From Eledone cirrhosa (taxonomy: Eukaryota), in assembly GCA_964016885.1 (NCBI GenBank), contig OZ024742.1, positions 208,134,001 through 208,198,000 on the forward strand: a stretch of DNA of 64,000 nucleotides, in the 5' to 3' direction. Of this stretch, positions 13,092-26,728 are shown piece by piece (the stretch's first letter is position 1; each line of letters opens with the position of its first letter). The notes below the pieces were generated by a model. That model was given only the letters and a program-made list of their open reading frames with translations. It was not told where the DNA came from and ran no database searches. The position numbers and the translations under genes were made by a program.

Positions 13092-13265
13092 TTGGTAGAG
13101 GGTCGGACACCATTCTTTGACACATAGAGTTACGGCCCTTGCCATTCTGAGTTCAAATCCCGCCGAGGTTAACTTTGCCATTCATCCTTAAGGGGTCGAT
13201 AAAATAAATTATCAGTAATGAACTGGGTAATTGCTGGCCTTGTGCCAAAAATAGAAACAATTATC
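13092..13265 (+). mobile_element. tRNA-derived SINE
   Basis: B-box GAGTTCAAATCC and body ggggtcgataaaataaa..ctggccttgtgccaaaa..gaaacaattat; at least six copies in the window. Confidence 0.85.
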
Positions 13266-13734
13266 AGGTTTTCAGAAGTTTTGTCCGAGTATATACCAAG
13301 TCACGTGTAGTATTGCATTTTGGCGTATGCAGAGTTGTATATTTGTAGAATTAACGACACCAAAAAGATATACCCTTTTCATACTAGCGATTATTAAGAC
13401 AATCATTCCATGAAACCAAGAAACCTTTATGTAGAACTATAATGATAGCGACCAATTGGCCTTCACTTTATTTATAGCAAATCGGAAAAGACGTATTGGA
13501 GTCTACGCCAACTATCAGTGAGAAAATGGTCAAAAGTCATAAAGTGACTTGTTCCAAATTTGATATATTTATCGCTGAACAAAATATTATTCATGGTATG
13601 CTGTTTTATATATACTCCTATAAATTGAAGCGATCGATTGACACAGACATTGTGATTATGTTGCTGGCATATTTAAAGAAGACGTGAACACCCACCGAAC
13701 ACATACACACGCACACACAAACACCCACACACAC

Positions 13735-13765
<31 letters not shown>

Positions 13766-13825
13766 CACGAACAAGCATTTTGTGTATATAAATATATACA
13801 TACATATACACGAACACATACTGCA

Positions 13826-13870
<45 letters not shown>

Positions 13871-14005
13871 CTGTATGTCTGTATGTATGAGATCGTACGT
13901 TTATATATCAATATATATATGTATATATATATATATATATATATACACATACGCTCGTATACATACAGACATACATACACACAGAACAACATATATACAC
14001 ATACG

Positions 14006-14190
14006 ATAATTGTTTCTACTTTTTGCACAAGGCCAGCACTTATCCCAGTACATTACTGGTACTTTATATTATCGACCCCGTGAGGATGAAAGGCAAAGTT
14101 AACCTCAGCGGGATTCGAACTCAGAATGACAAGGGCCGTAGCTCTGTGCGTCAAAGCATGGTGTCCGACCTTTTACCGATACTGCCAATC
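14006..14190 (-). mobile_element. tRNA-derived SINE (same family)
   Basis: Reverse complement of the 13092 SINE. Confidence 0.85.
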
Positions 14191-14424
14191 AACACACGTA
14201 TATATGTATATAGTAAAAAAGGACATGCATAGGTATATTTAAAAATTAAGAGTGTATGAACAAATTTTTTTTATATATATATATGATAAATATAAAGATA
14301 AAATTAAAAGTAAAAAAAAAAAATAATAATTACGTGGATACGTTAAGTGAAAGATACAAATATTGGCCAGACAATCTAACACAGATATACACTTACACAA
14401 TTATATAAACAAACAAATATGTAT

Positions 14425-14495
<71 letters not shown>

Positions 14496-14633
14496 CGCAT
14501 ATATAGACACATAATACACATATGCACATAAATACATATATATATGCATGTATAAATACGTACATACATACACATATACACACATATATATACACCCATA
14601 TACATACATACATATGTATATATGTATATGTAT

Positions 14634-14671
<38 letters not shown>

Positions 14672-15560
14672 TATTAGAATCATCAAGTGTCAAGTATGAT
14701 TGGATGTAAATCACATGTAAGTGTTATAAGTATAATAAAATATATGTGAACTTATATATGTGTGTCAAGAATATTATTAGAAAGAAGGAGTGTTTGAAAC
14801 ATCTTTATATACTTACATACCTAGATGTACGCATAGCGAAAGAAGTGGAAATAATCAATATGTGAGTGGTATCGGTATAACCTTTAGTATGTAGTCATAA
14901 TGAATAAGAGAATGCTGTTTGTGTGTTATGGGTAACTAAATGAATATGGTCATATTAAATGTAAGTTCAGGGTAGTTAGTGTTAATGGTATTTCATAATT
15001 GAAATATATGTTCAGGGTGCTTGTGTGTCCGAGTTGATGCTATGCTTATTCCAACAGTAAAGTAGGTGTGATCTTATATGCGGGCAACCTCTAAAAATAT
15101 CAGCTTTAGAGTTAAGAAAAATATTTGGAGATTTCAGGATCTGTAGATTTCTATATTTCTCGCTTATGCATAAGTACATTTTTTTATACCTTTTGCATAT
15201 TCTGTTGATTGGTCTCAAATTGACCAATTTATTACATATGTAAGTATATACATTTGATAACTCTATAAGACGCATCGAACACTGTCTCTTTCTAATGATA
15301 TATTTGATACACATATATAAGTTCAGATAATTTAATTATACTTTAAAAAAATACATATGATTTATATCCAATCTTACTTCCTCCCATGATGATTCTAATT
15401 ATAGCATCGGAAGCTCCATTTTTCTCTGCAAATATACTTAACATATTCATAGATATGTATGAATATTTTGGAGAGCTAATATATTTATTTTTTCTATGTA
15501 TGAATTTAGGTGTGTTTGTATGTATATATGGGTTTATATGTATATTTGTTTGTACGTACG

Positions 15561-15955
15561 GTCATTCTTGTTCTTGTATTGGCATGTAAACAGAACTGCA
15601 GACATTAATGTTTCTGGTGATTACCCTTCATCAGTGCAGTATACTGCTTACCTGCCAACTGTCAGATCTAGGGAAAATATATGATATGTTCTAAAGTATA
15701 CAGTGCCTGATCGGCCTGAGTTGCATATTAGCAGACTGGCTTATCAGTCAGATCTGGATATTAGCAGACCCATTGATCAGTCAGATTTATAATAAAATGT
15801 ATATTTTCTAAAATATATGATATTTTAGAAAATATATATTCTCACTAGCTCTGAGAGGTGGCAGGTAAGCAGTATACAGCACTGTTGAAGAGTAATCACC
15901 CAGAAATATTAGTGTCTCCAGTTTTTATTCATGCCAACAAAAGAGCAAGAATGAC
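15561..15955. repeat. Short inverted-repeat element with hammerhead motif in each arm
   Basis: 15561-15690 is the reverse complement of about 15830-15955. Confidence 0.75.
15595..15640 (-). ncRNA. Type I hammerhead ribozyme motif
   Basis: ACTGCA-CTGATGA-agggtaatcacca-GAAA-CATTAATG-TC-TGCAGT: 6-bp stem I, palindromic stem III, GUC site. A degenerate copy lies on + at 15876-15922. Confidence 0.7.
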
Positions 15956-16049
15956 GAGGTCATTCAGCTCACATGGCTGGTTAAAGAAGCTGGTTGCATA
16001 ATTGCAATTGAATTGAATAATATTATTAATATTATTATTATTAATAAAA

Positions 16050-16210
16050 AGGGCGGTAGTTTGGCAGTTTCGGTACAGCGTCAGAGACCATGCGTTGCAG
16101 CATAGAGTTATGACCCTTTGCGTTCTGATTAGAGGGTCGGTAAAATAAAGTACCAGGAATGCACTGGTATAATTGTTGGCTTTGTGCCAAATGTAGAAAC
16201 AATTATTAAT
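16050..16210 (+). mobile_element. tRNA-derived SINE, internally deleted
   Basis: gggcggtagtttggcag..taaaataaagtaccag..tgtgccaaatgtagaaacaatt. Confidence 0.75.
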
Positions 16211-16274
16211 ATTCAAACAACTCAGATTACATTTATCTTATTCAGACATGTCATGTAGAGCGATAAATTATTTG

Positions 16275-16382
<108 letters not shown>

Positions 16383-16869
16383 GGTAAACAGAAATAACAA
16401 CATGATCGCTACAGTATATGGAAGATATATATATTATGTTAAGGCTTGATAGAGGGTCAAAACGTAATGAATCCTGCATTATAAATATTATTCTTCCACG
16501 TTAATCTCATTTCTTCTCTCACTTAGATATACTTACGATGTGTATATTTATCCTTTGAAACTCATCTCTTCATGCACTCTATTTTCCCTATTAATATATA
16601 TAATCGTTCTTTCTTTCCTCTTCTATCTTTCTCCTTTCTTTTTTCTTTTTTTCTTTTTTTTTCCTCTGAACCTTACATATCATCTTCTTCCAACAGTTTA
16701 ATTTAAATAAACCGTTACTTTTCAAACTTTCGGAGACTCATTTGCATACTCAGTCATAATTTTGTATCACCCTCAATAAATGTACTATCTCCACTGTCTA
16801 GGAAGCTCCAGCCGTTAAGGTTGTCTTTTTTTTCCGGGTATGACTATATTTATTTATAAAACAAATCTG

Positions 16870-16935
16870 TATTTTATCTGTTGAAAGCGCACCATAATTT
16901 GCCTTGGTTGCCATTGAAATATGTATAATAAAATA
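16870..16935 (+). ncRNA. Degenerate hammerhead motif (family of 26729-26795)
   Basis: TATTTTAT-CTGTTGA...GAAA-TATGTA-TA-ATAAAATA. The core is mutated but stem I is perfect, and the flanks match 26700-26825. Confidence 0.5.
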
Positions 16936-17084
16936 AATATGGTTTTATAAATATAGTTTCCATTTATTAATATATTGTGTATTTACTCCCCCCCCTCTCC
17001 GTTGAGTGCTTTATATCAGTTATAAAAATGTTTAAGCTTGTTGAATCTCAACAAATTAAATATAACCTCTGCATATCTTTTTAT

Positions 17085-20000
17085 ATATATATTTATGTGT
17101 ATTTGGTGTATATGTTCGTATGTGTGCGGGTACAGGCGTTGCGTGGGTTCAGTATGTGCGTGCGTGTTACTTTTGTGTACGTGCTTGTATTTGCATACAC
17201 ATGGCGGATGTTTTCGCGAATGCATGTTTATGTACGTATATGGATGCGTGCATGTATATATTTAATTTTTGTTGATTTCAATTACCTCTGTAATTTATTT
17301 ACATTATTCTTAACGATGAAGACGAGAATCATTCGGTTTCCTAAATAGAATTTTAGTCTACGATTTCAGTTATACCATAAACGTGGTTTTGTCTTTGCGT
17401 GTAATTGTTCATCTTCGCTCCAAATAATGACGTATTATCTTTGTTTTTTTTCGTTCTTTGCCAGAGAACGTTTCCACGAACCAAAGTATCGTCTTCCTGT
17501 CTTCCTTCGGTTGCAACGTTTTTCGAAATATTTACTTCTGCGTTCACAGATTGATATTTTTAGTTTCAGAAGATCCCGTTAAGGGTGAAAGCAGCGATTC
17601 TTTGCTTAAAATGTAATCTGTTATTTTAATAAATATTTGCTCTACGGTTCTTATATATTTGATATATATTTATCCTTATCGAGCCCTCTTTTGATTTTAG
17701 ACTTCAAATTTATTATTATTACTATTTGGCTCCCTCGGTTGAGCAACCTATTGATTTAAATTCATCTTCTACAAAGAACATACCCGTACCAAGCAGGAAA
17801 CATACCTAAAGCTCCTGATAGAGAAAACAGACGCGTTCATGAAAAGATTGCGATGGCGTGCTTTTTATTTCGAAAATCAGGATAAAGCGGACAATAAACA
17901 GGATAAATTGGGGTTTAAAACCTACAATAACCCTCCAAGTAACCCAGCATTGCTACCCTTCGAAAATGATGTCTTGCAACTCTTACCGAGTATCAAATTT
18001 AGGAATAGGAGCAATTCCTTCCAGCAGGACCTGTAGAGTTCGATATATTAAGTATTTTAATGCCGTGCACGTCCACTCCAACAAAACTGGCAGTCTGTAT
18101 CAATTAGAGCGCAGTACTTACCATGAACTGCAACATAATGCTGTAACTAAAGATTACCGTAAAACTAATCGGAGCGTCATTAATGACATCAACGATGCTG
18201 AGTTTAAAATCACCTCTGATTTCAACATCCTGGACCGGCCTAAATCTCTGGACCCTATTTCTCCCCACTTTAACTTGGAGGATCACAAATCCAATTTCCC
18301 CAACAACCCCTCTATTCGACTTATTAACCCTACGAAATCCGATTTATGTAGACTTAGTAAAAGGATTTTAGATAGAATTATACCTGAAATTAGAAGCTTG
18401 GCCCCTTTTGCACTGTGGAACACTTCTTTCGCGGTGGTTGATTGGTTCAATAGCATATGCAACAAGGAACATTGCCGTTTTATCCAATTCGAAATCAATA
18501 ATTCCTACTCCTCCAGCACTTTACCGCTTCTCCTTAGAGCTATCAATTTCGCTAAAACACTCACAGTGGTTAAGGATTTCGTGGTTGATGCCATCCTCAA
18601 TGCCCGTAAGTCGGTGATTAATTTCGACGACTCTATTTGGATTAAAAAATCTAATAGTACCCCATTCGACGTGAGTATGGGTGGCAGCGACTCTGATCTT
18701 ATCGGCCTTTTCCTTCTTTTCTCTATCAAGGAAGAATTCCCCAGCGTGGGCGGTGGTTTGTACCGTGATGACGGTCTTTTGATCATGACAAAGTGCGGCC
18801 CACTTGCTTGCGACAGGTTCAGAAAAGAACTCACAGCCTTCTTTAAAGGCTTCAACCTCTCCATACATGTTGAGGCCAACCTCTTAGTCGTTAATTACAC
18901 TGACGTTACCTTCAATTTGTCGAAAGGATTGCACTACCCGTATAAAAAGCCGAATGAACGGCTTAATTACATAAGTAAGCATCCACCATCCTGCCAGCAT
19001 AACCAAGAACCTGGTAAGAAACGTTTCTTCGAGGCTTTCCAGTCTATCTACAAACGAGCATATTGTCACCGACCATTCCACATATTACAATGAAGCTCTT
19101 GCAGTGGATTTGTCAATAAGGTAGCATATACAGAGTATGATAATAGACCTAGGAAAAGTAGATCCCGACACATTATATGGTATAACCCACCATATAATAT
19201 GGAGGTGGCCACACAACTAGCTAAGATCTTTCTCTCCCTTATTATGAATCATTCCCCCAGCACATAAATATTTTAAATTTTTTAATAGAAATACCATTAA
19301 AATTCATTACTCTACGATTCCTAACCATGCGCATAACATCACATCTTCAAATTTACCTAAATTACCTAGCCGTAGGAACACGTGCAACCCTGTAGCTAGT
19401 ACTAACTGTAATTGTAGGAATCGGGTTGACTGCTCCCTATCCGGGAAATGTCTCTCTAGTAACTTTGTCTACAAATATAAGATTGAAACACCCACGTCCC
19501 GTAGGGCCTACATAGGGTTAACCCTACATAGGGTTATTATGAATCATTCCCCCCAGCACATAAATATTTTAAAATGTTTAATAAAAATACCATTAAAATT
19601 CCTTACTCTACGATTCTAACCATGCACATAACATCACAGCTTCAAATTTACCTAAATTACCTAGCCGTAGGAACACGTGCAACCCTGTAGCTAGTACTAA
19701 CTGTAATTGTAGGAATCGGGTTGACTGCCCCCTATCCGGGAAATGTCTCTCTAGTAACTTTGTCTACAAATGTAAGATTGAAACACCCACGTCCCGTAGG
19801 GCCTACATAGGGTTAACCACAAATAGATTCAAGCAGCGTCTTTGCATGCATACACATTCTTTTCTTAAACCTTTAAAAAGGAATATGACGTCACATTCAG
19901 CTTATATCAGGTGTCTAAAAGACAACCACACCAAATATAAGTTACACTGGGAGATCCTAGCTGGAGCTAGATCGTATAACGTAAATAAAAGACCAGTGAC

Positions 20001-21100
20001 CTCTGCGCCGCTGAAGCCCTGGAAATACTCTACGCCAAAGATCACATCTTAAACAAAAAATCTGAGGCAATATCGGCTTGTAAACATAAATTGCACAAAA
20101 CTACGCTAACGGTTAGTACGAACTATACGCTGATATTTTACGTCTTGGTGTGGTAGCTAAGTATATGTTATGTTTATACCATTACTTATTTGTATAGGTA
20201 AGTATATATTACCTGTATGTTTTGTGAAGGTACGTATACTTTCTCGTATGCATATTTGCTTGTATATGTTATAGGCGTATATATTATATTATATATACTG
20301 GTACATCTGCATATGGTTATGTGTATACGTGAGTTTTGTGTCTGTGTGAGTATACGGGTTCGTACGTATGTAGGATGTGTGTATATGTGTACTTTGTGAT
20401 TTGGTTGACGTGCGTTTAGCAAACACATGTGTATTTATATGTAGGTATGTGTGTGCGCGCGTTATATACGTATTTTTATGTGTATATTTATATACGTTTA
20501 TATAATTATATGTATACACGCACACACACATATATATATATATATTTTTTATATATATATGTTTATGTGTATTAGGTGTATACGTTCGTATGTACGCGGG
20601 TACAGGCGTTGCGTGGGTTCTGTATGTGCGTGCGTGTTTTTTGGAGTACGTGCTTGTATTTACATACCCATGGCGGTTGTTTACGCGTACGCATGTGTAT
20701 GTACGTATATGGATGCGTGCATGTATATATTTAATTTTTGTTGATTTCAATTACCTCTGTAATTCATTTACATTATTCTTAACTCTGAAGACGAGAAACA
20801 TTCGGTTTCCTAAATAGAATTTTAATCTACGACTTCAGTTATACCATAAACGTGGTTTTGTCTTTGCGTGTAATTGTTCATCTTCGCTCCAAATAATGAC
20901 GTATTATCTTCGTTTTTTTCCGTTCTTTGCCAGGGAACTTTTCGACGAGCCAAACATATCGTCTTCCTGTCTTCCTTTGGTTGCAACGTTTTTCGAAATA
21001 TTTACTTCTGCGTTCACAGATTGATTTTTTTAGTTTCAGAAATCCCGTTAAGGGTTAAAGCAGTGATTCTTTGCTTAAACTTTAATCTGTTATTTTAATA
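17085..21100 (+). mobile_element. Penelope-like element PLE-1 (C-terminal GIY-YIG, CxC linker; Hydra-like) with direct pseudo-LTRs
   Basis: Direct repeats at 17085-17633 and 20555-21100. RT motifs FDVSMGG and GLYRDDGL, CNCRNRVDCPLSGKCL linker and AYIGLT GIY-YIG. Ends in (TA)n. Confidence 0.9.
17740..20133 (+). pseudogene. Disrupted PLE RT/GIY-YIG ORF with ~295-bp internal tandem duplication
   Basis: Several frameshifts and stops. About 19239-19525 is duplicated at about 19534-19818. Confidence 0.85.
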
Positions 21101-21181
21101 TATATATATATATTAAAATAACAGATTAAAGTTTAAGCAAAGAATCATATATATATATATATAGGTATATATATATCTATT

Positions 21182-21799
21182 TGTGTTCAAATCATAAGGG
21201 ACCAGAATCGCTAGGGTAAAAAAAAACTAACTATGAACAATAGGGTTTGCCAGACTCAATTTAACTGAAATAAATTAAGAAAAAAATACAAACCGAAATT
21301 GTGACAACTATCAAGAACTCAGACAGACAGATTTTAGCAATGCTGTTTCGCAATGTAGTGAAAGGGAATTACCATTTCTATTGCTCTTCAGTGGGTGAGG
21401 AATTAGTAAATCTTTCACTTCTAAATATCTCAGAAGACTGAATGGTGTGCGTATATAAAATACCGCACATTTTATCCAGGACCTAGGGTGTCTCGTAAAA
21501 CGTATGCTACTAAAAATATCAGCCAAGTTCACTCTACATGTAAAGTAGCTCTACAAATTCAAGGAGCCGAATTTATCAAAAGTATATATTGAGTTAGAAA
21601 CACAGCATAGTCTCTTACAGTTAAATAACTCAACGAAAGAAACATTTCCGAGCCGTGTAATATAATTGAATATAAAAGGGAGACAAACACAGATATGTAT
21701 ATATATGTGTTCAAATCATAAGGGACCAGATTCGCCATGTCGAAAAAAGTACTAACTATGAACAATATGGTTTGCCAGACTCAATTTAAAAGAATAAAT

Positions 21800-21802
<3 letters not shown>
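21182..21802 (-). repeat. ~524-bp unit with ~100-bp terminal direct repeat and one hammerhead (retrozyme/pLTR-like 1.2-mer)
   Basis: tgtgttcaaatcataagggaccaga occurs at 21182 and 21706, and the unit is flanked by (TA)n. Confidence 0.7.
21318..21399 (-). ncRNA. Type I hammerhead ribozyme motif
   Basis: CTCACCCA-CTGAAGA-GCAAT...ATTGC-GAAA-CAG...CTG-TC-TGTCTGAG. Stems II and III pair cleanly; stem I pairs 6/8. Confidence 0.65.
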
Positions 21803-21882
<80 letters not shown>

Positions 21883-21914
21883 AGATCAAAAGATGGTTAA
21901 AGGAGTTCCATATA

Positions 21915-21981
21915 TTTTATTATGCGCATTTCAAAAACAAACATCATCAAGCAATAATATTTGTGTTTTCATCAGATAAAA
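21915..21981 (-). ncRNA. Minimal type I hammerhead in PLE-2 3' pLTR
   Basis: TTTTAT-CTGATGA-[stem II with 12 consecutive pairs, GCTT loop]-GAAA-TGCGCA-TA-ATAAAA; palindromic stem III, AUA site. Confidence 0.85.
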
Positions 21982-22929
21982 CAGGAGAACATGATATGAA
22001 GGCTAAAAAAACACTTGTTGATAGTGCAGTTTTAAATCAACATATGAAAAGTGGTTTTAGATTGATGTGTGATATTGGGAAAAATATTTTATTTAGAGAG
22101 GGGGGGGGGAAAGGATGAAAAGGGAAGGAGATGAGAGGGAGAGATGGGTGATAGAGAGAAAGAGATAGTTTTTATAACTGAGAGGAGATATATTTTTTAC
22201 ATAGAGGGGTTGAAAACCGTTGGAAGATACTGTATAAATTAAAAATTTTGAAAATTAACGAAGGGAGGATATGTGCGAGGAAAAAATATTTTATTTAGGG
22301 AGGGGGGGTGGAAAGGATGAAAAAAAAGGGGGGGGGGAGGAGATGAGAGTGAAGGTGGAGAGGGAGAGATGGGTGATAGACAGAAAGAGATAGTTTTTAT
22401 AACTGAGAAAAAGATATATTGTTTTAATATAGAGAGAGGTTGGGAACCGTTGGAAGATAATGTATAAATTAAAGGAATTTGAAAATTAACGAAGGGAAAT
22501 TATGTATGAAGATAGAGAGAAAAAAATAATAATTGTGGGTGAATATTCTAACGTCAAAAGAAGAAATGTATGTATTGTGGCAATTTCAAAATTAGCGAAG
22601 AGAAAAGTTGTTAAGGTTTGTGTGTAGAAGGATTTGAGAAAAATAATGTGAAGTTAAAGTTTGTATATTGAATTGATATGTATTAATAATGAGTTCGTTG
22701 ATGGGGAGAAAAAAATAATAATAAATTAAGGATGAAATTGAGATTAAAAAGATTTATGATAGAGAGAAAAAATAATAATGATTGCGGATGAATATTCAAA
22801 ATGTCAAAAACAATGTTATTATTATAGAGTGTATAATGCCCTTTAAAGTAAGGTAGATGGGTATATTTTAAAGAGGTGTATGTATATGTGCCTTTGAGAA
22901 AAGATTCTAAATAGATAAAGAATTGAATA

Positions 22930-25334
22930 TTAACTGTATACTTTGTGAAAAGTTCTATGGAATTTATGCAGGCAGATAGAAAACAAATCTGAGCGTCTAT
23001 TTATTATAGAATCTAGGTTAGAGATAATGGTAAATTTTTCATTTAGGCAGAGATTACAGATTTTAGATAGAGAGCTGTTCAAGTATGAGGATGCAGAAGA
23101 AATCTTCTTCCAAAAGATGGTATATTTAATGTTTTTGTCTTTTAAGGACCATATGAGTTCTGAGAGAGCAGTGTTGGTTCTTTTAAGTTTGTATTTGAAA
23201 GATGAATGATGATTATAGAGACGAGCTTTAAAAGAGGTGGAAGTGGAGCCAAAATAGGTCAAGGAATTGGTGCTAGTTATAATTTTACATTCATAAATTA
23301 AGTTTTTATCGAGGCAATGGTTGTTGAGAGGACATTTATTTTTAATGCGGCAGTTGCAATTAGAGAGATTATTAATGAGTGATCTAGTGTTATCTATAGA
23401 AGGAATTGGATTGGAGAAGTTGTTTGCGATAGGAATAATAGGAATAATAGTTTCTTGATTTAGAGTTGGATTATGAACATTTAGCGAAGTTGTGTTTGAC
23501 GTTGTATTTGGGTTTACAGGAGTTAGCCTAGGGTTTACAATGACGTCGGGAGTACTATTACTGTTATTATGAAATTCAATATTGGAAGGAAGAGATTTAG
23601 TGTTTAATATTTTGTTGTTGTGTTTAGAGATGATGTTGGAAATATTGGAGGATGTAGAATACGAAAATTTGATGGTGTGTTTGTTAAATATTTTACTATA
23701 GATATGTGAGGGAGGGAAGCATTTATTTAAGGCAGTAAAAAATAATTTAGGAATATTGTTATTAATAGAGATGGAGAAAGGAGCATTATACCAGATTATG
23801 TTTTTGTATCTAGGTCTTTTATTAAAATTATTGGAATGGTCATGATTAATTATTCTACTGTAAGTTTTCCTAGAATTTGTTTCTTTATTATATTTGATTT
23901 TATCTGGATAGCCGGCTTTAGAAAGTGCGTTATTATAGTAATTGGCGTTAGCATCAAAGATGTTTTTATTAGAAGATATGTTAGATATTCTATTTCCAAT
24001 ATTATTAACTATAGCATTCTTGATATTGGTAGGATGGTTAGATTTAAAGTTAACATAATTAAGATTCTCATTGTTTTTATGGTAAGGGTAATATAGGCCA
24101 GTGACAAGATTAAGAGATACATCCAAGAAATTAGCTAGTTTGATACTATTATCAAATTCAATTTTTAGGTTATGTTGGTTAAAGAGATTACGTATATTGT
24201 TCTTAATAATATTAAGTTTAACTATATTGCAATTTAGGATAGTAAAGAGTCCATCGTCACGATAAATTCCAACGCGAAGTTGAGGAATTTTCCGACTCAA
24301 AGAGTTCAAAATGAAGATACCAATTAAATCAGTCAATTGGGATGAATCGGATGCTCCCATTGTGATGTCGAAGTTGTTAGAGGTATCGGCTCTGGTCCAA
24401 TATTCGTTGTTGAACTCTAGGATGGTTTTACGTGCGGTGAGGATGATGTGAAGTTCATCTGTGGTGATGTCAGAATATTTAAGTGCGAAAGATAGAGCAT
24501 TATTGAGAAGTGAAGGCGAAATGGAGGAATAGTAGCTGGCGATATCGAATTGAATAAATTTTAGTTTGTTTTTATTATCCAATTTGTTGAACCAGCCAAT
24601 CACTTCAGAAGTACCAAACCATAAATTTAGGTTTAAAGAAGAGCAATTAGAACTAACCTGTGGGATAATCCTATCCAAGATGGCTTTACTAACAACCCCC
24701 AGATCAGATTTAGAGGGGGCGATTAATCTAACAGGTAGTTCAGTGCGAAAATTGTTTTTGTGATCCTTGAGATTTATCCTCGGAGTTCTTGGGAGGAATG
24801 GTTCGGTCTTTTTTTCAATGCCAAGTTTTGACATAATCTCATAGGCTTCAAGGTTTATGCATTCTAAATTTTCATGGTTGGTTTTACGATACTTTTTCCT
24901 AAGTTCCTTTAGGATAAGGTTGTTATAATTATCCTTGGAAATACCATATAGGTTATTGGTTTTGTCAGAGTGGACTAAAACATTTTTTGAGGAATTTAGG
25001 TTAGAGATTGTGTTCTTGAGATTTACAAGGTGCTCTTGTCCTTTGTAAGGGTATCTCTTGAATTTAAGATTTTTTTTATTATTTTAGTTAATTCTTCCTC
25101 GAATTGTGCTAGATTTTTGTTGGAAGGAGGATTTCGTCTAGAATTAAAAAGATGATCAAGGAAGTTGTGTTCTTTGGTATGAAAGTTCCCTTTTAGGCGC
25201 TGGTCATAGAAATAGGCTGTCCATCTAAGTCTTCTTACGAAGGATTCAGTTTTTTCAATAAGAAGTTTGGTGAATTCGGATTTACCAGGTATAGGAATGT
25301 CTTTAGTTGAATTGGTTATGTTGTAATAATCCAT
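22930..25334 (-). CDS. PLE RT + GIY-YIG endonuclease (~800 aa with one frameshift in an A-homopolymer at ~25071-25078)
   Basis: MDYYNITNSTKDIPIP..RRLRWTAYF joins ..HSDKTNNLY..FDIASYY..FDITMG..GIYRDDGL..CNCRIKNKCPL..YFGSTSTSFKARLYNH..CNLCLNEK..CLHK. Confidence 0.88.
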
Positions 25335-25540
25335 GTTGTAGAAGAAGAGGTGAAGGACCATCAAAAGGTATCCAATATGAGAGTAAGCGCTCAACCGTTA
25401 AGGAGCAAGTTAATGTAGGAGGTGAGTTTTATTGTAGTACAATAAAGCAATGAGGATATCGGATAAGAAGCACTCTACAGTTTGTGGGACTGGAGTATGC
25501 ATAATATAAGATCAAAAGATGGTTAAAGGAGTTCCATATA

Positions 25541-25607
25541 TTTTATTATGCGCATTTCAAAAACAAACATCATCAAGCAATAATATTTGTGTTTTCATCA
25601 GATAAAA
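25541..25607 (-). ncRNA. Minimal type I hammerhead in PLE-2 5' pLTR
   Basis: Identical to 21915-21981. Confidence 0.85.
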
Positions 25608-26728
25608 CAGGAGAACATGATATGAAGGCTAAAAAAACACTTGTTGATAGTGCAGTTTTAAATCAACATATGAAAAGTGGTTTTAGATTGATGTGTGATA
25701 TTGGGAAAAATATTTTATTTAGAGAGGGGGGGGGGAGGATGAAAAGGGAAGGAGATGAGAGGGAGAGATGGGTGATAGAGAGAAAGAGATAGTTTTTATA
25801 ACTGAGAGGAGATATATTTTTTACATAGAGGGGTTGAAAACCGTTGGAAGATACTGTATAAATTAAAAATTTTGAAAATTAACGAAGGGAGGATATGTGC
25901 GAGGAAAAAATATTTTATTTAGGGAGGGGGGGGTGGAAAGGATGAAAAAAAAGGGGGGGGGGAGATGAGAGTGAAGGTGGAGAGGGAGAGATGGGTGATA
26001 GAGAGAAAGAGATAGTTTTTATAACTGAGAAAAAGATATATTGTTTTAATATAGAGAGGTTGGGAACCGTTGGAAGATAATGTATAAATTAAAGGAATTT
26101 GAAAATTAACGAAGGGAAATTATGTATGAAATTATTTTTCACGAGAATGCATATATACTTATGTTTGAAGTTTTGTCTCAGATTTTGCTTATAGACCTAA
26201 GAATTTTTAAACTGAGCATGTAGTCATTTTTTACACATTATAGATATGTGTCTCATTCATGAATACTGGTATTTACATTATAGTGCCTAATTCATAAAAA
26301 TTTATAATTCAAATGGATGAGACATAATATATTTTTAATATATTTTAAATATATCATCTTTCTTTCTTTTTCTCATATACACTAATCTAACTGTATCCCT
26401 TCCCTTAACCTCTCACATATACGATGATCATCTGTCAAAATGCAGCCTACTATGTTTTTTTTTTTTCACCATCAATGTATTTCTCGCTATCCTTGTCTCT
26501 CTATCTCGCTCCGTTGTTTTTCTTTACATACATATCTTTTCTCTTTGCATACATCTCTTCATCTTCTTCTTTTTTATTTACATACATCTCTTCACCTTCT
26601 TCTTCTCATCTTCGTTTTCTTTCTATATAACTATCATAACAGTTTCACTACCAAATCAACTTTTTTAAAAGGAAGTTGCATTCTCAAAAGGTATGTCACT
26701 AATTATTTATAAAACAGCTTATGTATTG

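Larger units (their letters stand above)
21878..26130 (-). mobile_element. Penelope-like element PLE-2 (Hydra-like), young, near-intact, direct pseudo-LTRs
   Basis: Near-identical direct repeats at 21878-22510 and 25501-26130 flank an RT+GIY-YIG ORF. The 3' end abuts (TA)n. Confidence 0.93.

Noticed and set aside
13496-13687. SIDTDIVIMLL motif resembling a transposon-associated nuclease
   Set aside because: A single short motif with no further alignable context.
20780-21010. Hammerhead in the PLE-1 pLTR (CTGAAGA..GAAA)
   Set aside because: I could not form stems I and III consistently.
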